DNA of 64,000 nt. It comes from Flectonema sp. DT1601 (lineage: Eukaryota). How positions within the stretch are numbered: position 1 is the stretch's first letter; each line of letters begins with the position of its first letter. The translations under genes were made by a program, and so were the position numbers. Where the stretch lies: the NCBI GenBank assembly GCA_964019425.1, contig OZ025799.1, positions 434,001-498,000 on the forward strand. Reading direction: 5' to 3'. A model generated the notes under the pieces. That model was given only the letters and a program-made list of their open reading frames with translations. It was not told where the DNA came from and did not search any database. This document shows positions 9,801 to 21,482 of this stretch, one piece after another.

Positions 9801-12174
9801 GCTGCCCACATCAGTAACGGAATTTCCCACCATTTCGCACTATTCAACATTACAGGTGGTGCTAAAAACCTCTGATTAGAATCTTGTAAATGTAAATAAT
9901 GATCATTTTCAATATCCCATAAGTCGATAACTCTCCTCTCTTCAGGTCGATCATCACCGGGATTGGCTGATTGCCCAGCAGGTAAATTTGGATACAGCTG
10001 AGGTGAGTTTTGAGATAAATTATCACCAGAGACTGATCTAGAGATAGGTACCTTGCCGCTGACTTCTTCAAAAGACCCTCCAAAAGAAGTATTTTCCATT
10101 CTATTTGATGACTTCTCTCTGATATTCCAAGGGAATGAATACGTAACAGAAGTACTCACCGTTACTGGATGACCCTTTCCTTCCATTGTAAGAGGAGATG
10201 AAAGCCTTCCTGTTGCATTCTGAGATGAGAGAACAAACTTAGCAGGTCTTTGAAAAGCGTATGTCGATGCTGTTTCAATTGGATCCAAAGGATCGATAAC
10301 GGTAGCGTCATCATCAGTAGTGTCAGCGATACTCACGTGAGGAGTGTAGTTTCCTAAGAATATGTTCATCGATTTCTGTTTTTCCAAATCTAAAAAGTTA
10401 TTATTATAATACCTCGTCAGTGATGTGAATACATCCCACCTGTTTAACAACGAGGGAACACCTGCTGACACAGCTCTACTTCCACCGTACTGTAAAGCTA
10501 TTCTATCACCCATTTGAATACAATGCGAGAGATACAAATTATATACAGATTGGTGATCTACTAAATGTGTTCCTCGATTCGATACGCCCAGGAATGCGAA
10601 TTGATGTGACAAGGCGCATTTTCCAATAAAAAATTGTGCTAAATTAGTTCTGTCAAGACAATCAACACAATTAGTTCTCACGGCTCCTGTTTTTGTTTTT
10701 GTTTTTGTTTTTTTTTTGATTTGTTGATTTGCTACTTGTTACAGGGACACCCAACACCCAAATCTAGATAAAACGAGCACTCTGTAAGGGAAGTAAAGCA
10801 CCTTCCCCATGCCAGTACAAAATTCAAACGGAAAAAAAAGTTAATCAACAAACCTGTTTGTTCTCGTACACCAGAAGCAGAAGTAAAAATACCCGTTTTT
10901 GATAAGATTTCTTCAGCTATGCTCGTCATTTCATTGTTTACTGTCTCCTGTGCCTTAGAAGCATTGCGAAAGTCCCACCTAATGTGAAGTATTTGACAGT
11001 CATTAGGAAGCCTAGAATTTAGAGCTCTGATTGCAGCACTGTATTCAGCCCCAAGGATACTTTCTCGTGGATTCTTTTCTTTTTGTTTGAGAAGATCTAA
11101 ACTAATGATTGGAACTCCATAAGATGAGAATAGCTGTGCGTAGTGAAGTTTTGTTGCTGCGAATCCTGGGTCTGAACGACCTAATTTTATAGGTGGTCGA
11201 GGTCGGTGAACAACTTGATCTTTTGTTGGTTGATACCAATAAATTGGAATAGATCCGCGAACCTGAACAAACGAAGAAAATTTACCAACAGTTCCAGACA
11301 ATGCTAAAGCAGTATCGTAAGAGATTTGTTCTATTTCGATGTGATTCGCGACAGTACCTTCTTCAGATATTCCTCTTTTTAAGTAACGAGTTCCTGCAAA
11401 GTATCTTGATCTCCGTGCTACAAGAATCAGATGAATCTTTCTTCCATAAACATTAAAGACCATTTGAGATAAGTAACCATGAATACAAGGAAGTATCCAC
11501 GGGGAGTTACAATCTCTCAGAGCAGTCTGTAATGGTCTCAATAAGAATGAATTATATATAAACATGGTATCAGTATGCGCCATCTCTGGTTGTTGCTCTG
11601 CCTGTAGAGCATTTCTTTGACAATTAAACTGAAGGGAATGAGAAATGTCGTATGTGTAGCTGAAGTAGAAATCTCTTTTCGTATCAAACGAGAGAAACAT
11701 ATCTCTGTATCGAGTCTCGTCGTCTTTAAATGTTCGCGCTGATAGTTTTGCAGATGTACATGACAGTGGAATAGTTTCAGTATCCTTTATTTCATAAATT
11801 AAATGAGGTCCAAGTTGAGCAACTAATTTTCTTCTTGTTATAACTACCAGATTATAACTTTTTGTAAACCTGACAGTACCGAGAATCCCATAACCAGAAA
11901 CAAGATGACGAAAACCACCACCTCCTCCACCTGTCTTTCCATTAAAAGCAGCCTTTAACGTGTCCAACAGCATTCTGATTTGAATGGTTGAGTAGATCGT
12001 ATTATCTTCAGAGATGCTTAATTCTTCTTCTGATCGACGATCGAATTTTAAAACTCTGAAATACTGTTGATTCGCATCACACGCTATTACATATAATTTA
12101 GGTAGCGTCTCATAAATATCGTACAGTTCCAGGGCAGGTTTGGCGCCAGGAATCGCGGCTGCTTCGCAGCGCAT
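6871..12174 (-). CDS. FIG4: FIG4/SAC3-like phosphoinositide phosphatase fused to DEP and DUF547-like domains; 4 exons (12174-10854, 10686-7428, 7342-7204, 7125-6871), 1657 aa
   Basis: SAC motifs ARRSRYFAGTRYLKRG and SFVQVRGSIPIYW are present. Splicing restores the catalytic QTG|AVRTNCVDCLDRTN. GT-AG introns 10853-10687, 7427-7343 and 7203-7126 join in frame (4974 nt). Confidence 0.9.
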
Positions 12175-12324
12175 TGTTGATTCCCACCTATGAAAATAAT
12201 TATAAATTCATCAAGACGTACAAGACTGTTTAATAACAATAAGGCTACCAAACAAATTAGGAAAATACATCTGTTGGGGTAACAGAGTCAGCCAGCCAGT
12301 AGAAGTAAACGAGCTCGCATGAAG

Positions 12325-12355
<31 letters not shown>

Positions 12356-13539
12356 CCCCCCTTCGTCTTTTTTTTGAAAAAATTATTCTTTCTTTCTTTG
12401 TTTGTTTGGTTGGGCCGCAACCATCTCCGATTGTGATTGCCACCTGAAGTGCGTCTTTCGAGTTATCGAAATGGGTACACAAAAGTATGTCGTACTTTTA
12501 TCTTCTTCTCTTCATCACGTACTCAGCCTTGAAGAACGATGCGTGTCTGCAGCTCTAAAATAATAAAAAGCTGACTCGTCCTGAACAACACAACAGAAAA
12601 AAGAAATTTTCTTTTTTTTGTTTGGGAGACGGGAAAAAATAAGACGCGAATATAATAAGGAAAGGTGGGCAACAAAATGGGCAGGTGTGTTTATTTTTTA
12701 TTTGTTTCCTTTTTTTTTTTTTTTCATGGTGTGTTTTTGGGGGATGCGAAGTAAAGAAAACGACAATATATAGAACAACGAAAACTCTCTCTTTGGCAAA
12801 GAACAGTAAGAAAAACGAGTCTCAGTCGTCACTTTCTCAACACCGAACCCACTCCGCAGTTTTTTATTTATTTTTTTTTTTTTTCAGAAAGAAAAACCAA
12901 GATGGTCAGCCACAAAAAAACAGGCATAATTACGCCCTTCTTCATAGTGCGTGAATTCACGCAATCGAGTGAAAATAGTGTGAACACACCAAAAAAAAAA
13001 AAAAAAAAAACATACACAGATAAAGACAACCGTGCAACAAAGTGCAAGAAGGCTAGGACATTGATAAGTTGTATATGTTGTCACAGTCATCATTCTCACA
13101 CCATACAACATTACATCTGTGGTTAACTTGACGCGGGTAACACAAACATAATATCAAACAACTGCATTCACCGGCGGAAATAAATTTAAAAAAAATAAAA
13201 AAAAAATTACTATGGCTCAGTATGGGACAAAAAATGAGGAAGAAGCAGAGGTACTGCTTGTAAAAAAAAACAGGTTTCTTTTATTTTTTTTTTTTTTTTT
13301 TTCAAAATTTCAACATACGCAAGAATAACTGAATACCATTACCAAGTTGATCCCAACTCAATTCAGTCGTATCCATTCGTTGTGCGCCTTGTGAAGATTG
13401 TCAGCTTAGCAACTACTCCTTGCGAGAAAAAGAAAAAATTGGGGGAAAAGGAAAAAAAAGAGAAGAAAAAAAAATTTAATCGCGTTTTATAATTTTTCAA
13501 TGCTCTCCATGTCTGTGCAGCCTATTGCTGGGCTGATTC

Positions 13540-13571
<32 letters not shown>

Positions 13572-13827
13572 CTATTTTTTCCCCCTTAAACTCAAGAGGA
13601 GTGGCAAGCTGGATAAGTAGACTACTATGTTATTGTTTTTTTCTAATTATTATTTAAAAAAAAGGTCAGGCACAACACTTCTTGAAGAATGGCGAAGAGC
13701 GTTTTGATTCCCGAAGCTGCTTCTATTTTTCGGATTTAATAATTGACATCTTACCTTTTTGTTGTATATCGGAGTCGGGTAGTTGCCTTTGATCTGAAAC
13801 CGTCTTGATGACGAGCAGCGGAGGGGA

Positions 13828-14544
<717 letters not shown>

Positions 14545-14800
14545 GTTGTGTGGTGCTGAAGCAACAAATTTTTTTCTGATAAATCATAAACAAGATAAAA
14601 GAAGAACAGTACTCCAACACTTTTGTTATTTAAAGTAACCTGTGAGAATACCTTTATCAATAATTTCTAATTTAATTAAAAAAAAGAAAGGAATAAAAAA
14701 AAAAATAAAAAAAAACACCAATGGACCAGAAGAAGAAACTAACCAGTTAGGGGAAAGGGATAATAATATCGTTCTATTGCAGAGGAGCTGCTGATTTTTT

Positions 14801-15064
14801 TTAACTTAATTTAGCAATTGCTTCTTTCATGTATTTTAATTTCTCTAAAGAAAGATCATCCGTTGCAGTCATTGCCTTAATTTGAGTGTCCAGGTCCTCC
14901 TTCTCAAGTTTAGCTCCGCATAATAATTTCACTATCTCTGCAGTCCAGTCTTTTGGATTTTTACACGCCTTAGCTAGAGCTGTTTCGTTGTTGGTATCTT
15001 TTTTTGTTAAATCAGCACCTGCCTCAATTAACATCTTTACTATTTCTACATTATTATTCGACAT
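14801..15064 (-). CDS. Small ankyrin-repeat protein (87 aa; possibly a fragment)
   Basis: NNVEIVKMLIEAGADLTKKDTNNETALAKAC matches the ankyrin consensus. Confidence 0.7.
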   Translation of the reverse strand: MSNNNVEIVKMLIEAGADLTKKDTNNETALAKACKNPKDWTAEIVKLLCGAKLEKEDLDTQIKAMTATDDLSLEKLKYMKEAIAKLS

Positions 15065-15230
15065 TTTTTTTTTTAAAGTTTTTATATTTGAGTAGAGAAT
15101 ACGAATGGGTCCTGTGAGAAGATTTGTTACTTAAGGAATCACCTTAAATGGAATCAGTTGACAACATAACATAAATCTGTGAAGATCGATTATGTGTAAT
15201 AAGAGTTTTTTTTTACAGTTTTCAAAAATT

Positions 15231-16121
15231 TTATTTCTTCTCAGAAGATTTTAAAATTCGGTCCGTGTTGTAAATGTTATGCTCAAAGCAGTCATTTTGT
15301 GAATTGCTGCAGCAGGTTGAAAATCCAACTTTACGACACCAAGTTGAATAACGTCGATGTTCTTGAGTCCATTTTTTGAATGTTGAGAGAAGTAGACGAC
15401 GTTGAGCAACACTCCCGTCGGTGGAATCTGTTGTCTGTCCCATCAGAAGAGATGCCTGTAAAGGTGTTGGTTCTTGTTCTCGTTCATTATCATCATTTCT
15501 TCTGACATGAACTCTGTAACGAGATATGAATGGAGTTCTCAATTGTTTTCGAGTTGATTTTTGAATTCTTTCCTGTCGAGCTTGTTCCATATGAACACCG
15601 TTGGTATCAAGAAGAGGACTTAGTAACCAATTAACGTGATTTAGTTTACAACCTGGACACTTGGTAGGTACTTCACCGAAAGAACCTCTTTCGAAGTCGA
15701 GTGGAGAGCCATCACCTGCCATTTCTAACATATACCTACCACATGATGTACACTCACGTAGTAGTGGTGCATGATGTTGTTTTACGAGGTCAGCATTCTC
15801 TGATCTCTTTTTTTCAGAACGTTTCATACATCGCCATACTTTACGAGCTTCGTTCTCTTGAGTTAGTCGTCCCTGTTCTGCTCGTCTTGCTGCTATCGAT
15901 TCCTCGTCTTCATCAAATACGATGCAGGGAATTCTCATATTTCGTTTAATTATTTTATTATCCTGATCATCTAAACCATTTCCAATAATCGCATCGCGGA
16001 GAGTGACTTCTTCCCAATCGTTTCCGAGATATCCGCATTTCCAACAATTACCTCCATCTTGCCATTCATTCGACATGACAAGATGGCACCAGAAGCAGTC
16101 TGGACATCGAATGTGTTTCAT
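15231..16121 (-). CDS. Hypothetical protein with CxxC pairs (possible Zn ribbons), 296 aa
   Basis: Long ORF in cluster orientation containing CPDC..CWKC and CTSC..CPGC. Confidence 0.7.
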   Translation of the reverse strand: MKHIRCPDCFWCHLVMSNEWQDGGNCWKCGYLGNDWEEVTLRDAIIGNGLDDQDNKIIKRNMRIPCIVFDEDEESIAARRAEQGRLTQENEARKVWRCMKRSEKKRSENADLVKQHHAPLLRECTSCGRYMLEMAGDGSPLDFERGSFGEVPTKCPGCKLNHVNWLLSPLLDTNGVHMEQARQERIQKSTRKQLRTPFISRYRVHVRRNDDNEREQEPTPLQASLLMGQTTDSTDGSVAQRRLLLSTFKKWTQEHRRYSTWCRKVGFSTCCSNSQNDCFEHNIYNTDRILKSSEKK

Positions 16122-16326
16122 CTGTTGAAGAAATGATGATTTTTTTTTGGTTTAACTTTCTTACTTTTGTTTACTATCACATGTAATGCTGATTTGGTTA
16201 GAGTTCACGAAATCATTTTAATTAAAAAAAACAGATGTAAACACTTACTTTAACCATCGACAAGCTTAAATCGATTGGTAGAGTTGCGCTACAATTGATA
16301 AAATAATTGCAATGGTCACCAGAAGT

Positions 16327-16357
<31 letters not shown>

Positions 16358-16371
16358 CAAATCTTTTTTTA

Positions 16372-17640
16372 CTATTGTTTTGTAACAACTTGTTCAACAG
16401 GTTTATCAGAAGAGAATACAATAAAGAACAAAGCCGTAACAACATTCACAACAAGAATAGACAGAAAGATTGCATTCCACGAGTCGTATTGCTCTAATAT
16501 GTGAGAAACTACCAAAGGACCAAAATAAGATGCCACCGTACCCAAGGTGTTACCAATCCCTGAGATGACCCCCATAAACAAGACAGTGACATCTAGGTAG
16601 TTTGCCTTAAAGCCAGATGGAGCAAGGCCGAAAAAGAAGTTCGCGCAAACAATCAAAACAGTTGTCATAACAACCGAATTACTAAATAAGAATACCGGTG
16701 CTAAACATGCTCCAGAACCGATTGCTGAGACGACAGTAAAAAACTTTCTAGATCTCAACCTCGTATATCCAATTCTTGACAGGTACGAAGATATTGGATT
16801 ATTTAATAGTTTTCCAACTAAGTTACTAACGTGTGGTAATGTCAAGTACAACGAAGCCTCTGCAGCATCCATCCCCAACACGTCTTTGTAATACGTTGGG
16901 TTCCAATTCGTAACAAAGTAAGCACCATAATTAAAAGCAACATGACTAAAGAAGATTGCTAATATAGCTGGATGGGTCAACACCTTAAAAGGAACCATTC
17001 CTGATGAGCTTGAGGAAGATGATTTTTTACCCGCAGGAACGACAGCTCTCAGATGTTCTTTTTCTTCTTTGCTGATAAAAAAACATTTTTCAGGTGTCTC
17101 AGCTCCGAGAATAACCCAAGAAACGACATAGATCATTGTAAGACAAGCGACAACTATGTAGGTATTTTGCCATCCAATTGAGGAACCGAGATACCCTCCA
17201 GCTGGGACACTGACAAGGGCACCAATTGAAATCCCAATATCGAGCATAGTGGCTGCCCATGCTCTCTCTTCTGGAGGCATCCACTGTGACAAAAAGACTG
17301 AGCTGGTTGGAAATAAAGGACCCTGAATCATTCCCATTGCCACTAAACACCACCACATATAATTCTGACCCATATCATATGCATATGGGATGGCTAAACA
17401 ACACAACGCGCTTCCGAGGATCGCCATCGTTACAACGTTTTTTGCTCCGATCTTATCAGCCAACGCTCCACCAGGAACTTGTGTGAAGAAATACCCCGCG
17501 GCAACTGCACTGAGCAGTACACCTCTTGAACCATCGCCTAAGTCCATATAAACAATCAAAGGCGCTAATATATTTCTCATGAATTGTTGGAACAATCTCG
17601 CTGCTAGGAGGAGGAAGCATTGCACGGATCGGGCTTTCAT
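16372..17640 (-). CDS. MFS transporter, anion:cation symporter (SLC17/sialin-like), 422 aa
   Basis: GYFFTQVPGGALADKIGAK, SQWMPPEER, ISKEEKEHL, PTYYKDVLG, ANYLDV...GVISGIGNTLGT; about 12 hydrophobic segments. Confidence 0.88.
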   Translation of the reverse strand: MKARSVQCFLLLAARLFQQFMRNILAPLIVYMDLGDGSRGVLLSAVAAGYFFTQVPGGALADKIGAKNVVTMAILGSALCCLAIPYAYDMGQNYMWWCLVAMGMIQGPLFPTSSVFLSQWMPPEERAWAATMLDIGISIGALVSVPAGGYLGSSIGWQNTYIVVACLTMIYVVSWVILGAETPEKCFFISKEEKEHLRAVVPAGKKSSSSSSSGMVPFKVLTHPAILAIFFSHVAFNYGAYFVTNWNPTYYKDVLGMDAAEASLYLTLPHVSNLVGKLLNNPISSYLSRIGYTRLRSRKFFTVVSAIGSGACLAPVFLFSNSVVMTTVLIVCANFFFGLAPSGFKANYLDVTVLFMGVISGIGNTLGTVASYFGPLVVSHILEQYDSWNAIFLSILVVNVVTALFFIVFSSDKPVEQVVTKQ

Positions 17641-18013
17641 TTTATTTTATTTTTTTTCTTGTCTCCCAAATTAAACGGAGGGTCTGTTAAGTAAAAATAA
17701 TTGTTAAGTTGCAACCCCATATCAGTTCCTCGACATGAATCACAAAATAAATAAATAATTAAATTAATCATAACGACACTACGACATCAGATACTATTCT
17801 TTTTATCATCAGTGTGGTGTTGTGAAGGGAAAAAATTAATAATTTATTTTCAGACCAGTTAAAATCGCTCACTAAGATATCAAACAAAAAGCTAGCAAAC
17901 TAAAAAAACGAATGGGAACACAATCTCATTATTGCTATCCCAAGAGGTACTTTGAATGATTATACAGATGTTGGACTATCAGTTTTATAACAACATCAAT
18001 CCTGACAGTGTAA

Positions 18014-20323
18014 TTAGAAAGGTTTTTTCGATACACTCTCAGCCTGAAGTGTTGAAGCAGATCCTTCAATAGACATGACGAGCGCTCTGTCCCGAGTTTC
18101 ACGTAGTTTTCTAATGTTCCTTTCGAGTTGTTGTTGCATTGGTGTTTTGTACATCTTTGAAACTGGTTCGTATGATGGTCTCTTTATAAAATCAGGCATC
18201 ATCGCCTGTGGTACTCGACAGCGTTGGGCTGCAGCTTCTCCGTCGGTGTTTTTATCAGCGTGGAATCTCTCTCCAGATTTATAAAATTTTGGTACGTCGG
18301 CGGCGACTACGAAACGTTCAGGTCTGAACCTCGCAGATCTCCCTGAAGCCTCTTCTTGAGATTCAAGTTTTTTATAATTCTTACTTAACTTACAAATTAC
18401 ACGCGACCACTTCTCCATCAGTTTCGTTGCGAGAATTCGGTTTTCATGAGTTTCGTTGGGATCGTTAGCAAACCTCCTGATATCTGTTCCTAGTTGAGTC
18501 TCAAGAAGAACCTCTCTTGTGATACCTTCCCAGTCTAATTCTGTCTTTAATCTAACACGTCCTGGATCACCAGCATACGGAAACTGTTTGTTAAGTTTGT
18601 AATAAAATAATAACATTCACACTCACAGATTAATAAACACATACATCATTTAATATGTTCAAAATGTTATGTCGGATTTGATACACTGGTAGACCTCCTC
18701 CAGGGGGACGAAGCCATCTGTTTTGTTTTATTATTGTTGTGATGATAAAAAAAAACACTTGTCAATACTGCAACTGGAAAAATATTACTGCGCTGAAAAA
18801 AAATTAGTGCGGTAGTAGAAAAAAGTTGAGTTACTTTTTTTTGTTGTGGAAGGCTATTTCTATTCTGAGCAGAAATATTAATGCGGTGGAAAATATTACT
18901 GCGTGGAACTTGCATTGGTTCTGAGATGCATACTTCAACACATCACCTGATAAATGTTATAGCAGGTATTCTTGTAGAACAATCAAGTTTAAATTTCACA
19001 GAGATACTGATTCTAACAGTATTGCTTCTGAACATGAGCTACACAAAGTGTTTTCAGTGCTTCAGTCTTGAAGATGGTGAGTTCTTCTTGGAAAACAATC
19101 TTAATACAGATTCAATGAAGAAGTTGAGTTTCAAAGTTTCAAAAAAGCTAAATATTTATTTATTCCTCCCTATTTGAGCTGGCTACAGACCATTTGCTCA
19201 ACTTAAACTCAAAAGTCTAATCATGTATACTGTGTATAATGAGTTTTATCATCAAACTTATCTTACTTTATTCACAGATTCACAGGCAGAAGAATGTTAC
19301 TGGGAAAATTTTCATTGTGACTACTCGCAGTATAACAATATTGAATACATACACTTGAATCTTCTTTAGTAAGTCAAGGTTAATTAACTGCTCTTGAAAT
19401 CCAGCTCGGTGACAAACTCGATTCACTTCTGGTAGAAGACGAAGTTTCATAACAGCTGGCTTTCCCTGTTTCTGTAATTTGTAATCTTTTTCAGCAGCCT
19501 CATCCATCGCTTTAAGAAGTCTATCAGCTGCGTCTTTGGCATGTTTTGCTGCGTCAGCTTTCTTATTAACGCGTACTGATGTTAATTTCTTACTGCTGAC
19601 GTCGAACTGCGATGCGTTTGCAAACGGAGACTCTCCCTGGATTTCTTGTCTCTCTTCTTGTAATTTCTTTATTTCAGATTGGAGAGCCTCACAACGTTCA
19701 TCAATGCTTCTTTTGTCAGCCTTTTTTGTGTTCTTCCAGCGTTTGAATTCACGTTCTTCGTGAAAGCGCTGTTCTTTTCCTCCATATTTAAGCTCTTGGG
19801 TAATGGCAGCAGACTTACTTTGTAAAGAGTTTAGAGTCGTGTGAAGATCAACTAACTTTGATTCCAGCAGTGAGGTGTCCGCCTTCGGTCTTTTCTTTTG
19901 GGGAACAAGTTCTTCCTCCTCCTCAATAACTTCCTTTTTAGGAGATAAGTTCTCTTCGATAGTGATGCTGACATCGTCGTCGTCGTTTTCTGCGACCTTT
20001 CGCTTCCTCTTTTCCTTCTTTTCCTTTTTGTCTTTTTTGTTTTTCTTATCCTTTTTTTCCTTTTTCTTCTTCTTTTCCTTTATTGGAAGAGCTTCGTTGT
20101 CCCAGTCTGGTTGGGTGTCGGTTGCTTCTTCTTTTACTTCAGTTTCTGTTTCTTGGACTTCGTCTTTGACTTCGGCGGTTTCATTTTCACTTTCTTGTTC
20201 GCCATCCTCACGAGCTACCCCAGGCTCGTCTTTAACTTCTGCTTCAGACTCCACCACCTCTTCTGGTGCTCCTTCGCTCTCAGGCTCTACTCCAGGTTCT
20301 TGTTTTACAGGGTCGTCTTCCAT
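18014..20323 (-). CDS. IWS1: IWS1/Spn1-like transcription elongation factor; 3 exons (20323-19353, 18717-18645, 18583-18014), 537 aa
   Basis: MDEAAEKD...GKPAVMKLRLLPEV...LLKKIQV|WLRPPGGGLPVYQIRHNILNILND|FP...LLETQLG...DPNETHENRILATKLMEKWSRVI. The 73-bp middle exon was found manually and all junctions are in frame. Confidence 0.85.
18768..18912. mobile_element. Diverged MITE-1 family terminus inside IWS1 intron 1 (may extend to about 19330)
   Basis: TA|CTGCAACTGGAAAAATATTACTGCGCTGAA...AAATTAGTGCGG...TTCTGAGCAGAAATATTAATGCGGTGGAAAATATTACTGCGTGG matches the element at 58125-58426. Confidence 0.75.
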
Positions 20324-20519
20324 GTCCTTTTTCTGTTCTTTTATTATTTGACTTTAATGATGCAACCTGTTTTAAAGTAAGCAAATTAAAAATTTACGAT
20401 AAATGTTTCTCATCGATGCGATAATCTACCCTCGAGTAACAAAAATAGGAAAGTGTGATTTTTGTTTAAAAAATTAATAATAATAATAACCGACTGGCCG
20501 AGTGAGTGAGTCTGGTGTC

Positions 20520-21161
20520 TTATCGAATCTGCTTAAGCAAGCCGCGAATGAAGAAGGCAGCAATAAAAGTAAAACCCACACCATTAAATAAATTTTGTAT
20601 TTTTCGCTTTCTTCGACTGGCATGCAATTCTTTCAGAGAGAGTTCCTGCAACGATTTTAGAGTCGTGTTCAGATTAAAAGAAAATTTCATATTAACAATT
20701 GTAGACGGTCTGGAACCGATTCCAGTTTTATAGACTTCAGCACCCATACGAGAATACATTTCACAAAGGTAATCAGACGTTGAATCTACTGTACCACAAA
20801 TTTTATGTAAACCTTTTTGACAGGCTAAGAACTGAACTTGTCGCAGTAAGTATTTCCCCAATCCCCGACCCTGTTGTTTTACTGTGACTGCGAAGTTTAA
20901 AACGTGCATCGAATCGCTGAATTCTGAACAGGCAGCTACACCGATGACTTTTTCATTCTCATTCTTGATTACTATCCAACTAGAACGCATTTCATCAAGA
21001 AATCGTAATCCTGCTCCGAATAAATCATCCGTTGTTTCGATGTCACTTTTAAAAACTTCGTTTAGAAGGATAACAACATCCGAACATAAATTAACATCTT
21101 CCTTCATCGTGACTGATGGAGTGTATGCTCGACACGTGAAAGGAGTTCCAGTGATGTTCAT
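20520..21161 (-). CDS. GNAT-family acetyltransferase with a C-terminal hydrophobic anchor
   Basis: The acetyl-CoA motif FAVTVKQQGRGLGKYLL and MYSRMG are present; the C-terminus is GVGFTFIAAFFIRGLL. The first ATG is at 21161. Confidence 0.8.
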   Translation of the reverse strand: MNITGTPFTCRAYTPSVTMKEDVNLCSDVVILLNEVFKSDIETTDDLFGAGLRFLDEMRSSWIVIKNENEKVIGVAACSEFSDSMHVLNFAVTVKQQGRGLGKYLLRQVQFLACQKGLHKICGTVDSTSDYLCEMYSRMGAEVYKTGIGSRPSTIVNMKFSFNLNTTLKSLQELSLKELHASRRKRKIQNLFNGVGFTFIAAFFIRGLLKQIR

Positions 21162-21482
21162 TTCAATGATTAGTTGGTACCTCTCTTTACACAACTCACT
21201 TATGGTGTTTTCTAATTAGTTTCACAGACCTGAAAGAATTGAAATAAAAGTTAATTTTTGTTGTGTGTGATTTCTTTTTTTTTTTTCCAATATAAAAATA
21301 TTTTTAAAGTCATCCAACCATAACAATAATGGATAACAATAAAGTTACAATAATTTAAAGAATAAAATAATAAAAATTCTATTTTTTTTTTTTTTTTACA
21401 AAGTAGCTGCTTCTACATTCACTATAAATTATTCAAAGAGCCTAACCAGTGAAGAGATGTCACAGAAATTGAGGTTTTTTAC

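Noticed and set aside
17722..17812. Possible box C/D snoRNA on the minus strand (TGATGA...CTGA...CTGA)
   Set aside because: There is no convincing terminal stem and no rRNA-complementary guide that I could recognise; such motifs are expected by chance in AT-rich DNA.
18881..19177. Plus-strand 98-aa ORF nested in the IWS1 intron
   Set aside because: It starts within MITE-derived sequence and has no recognisable motifs.
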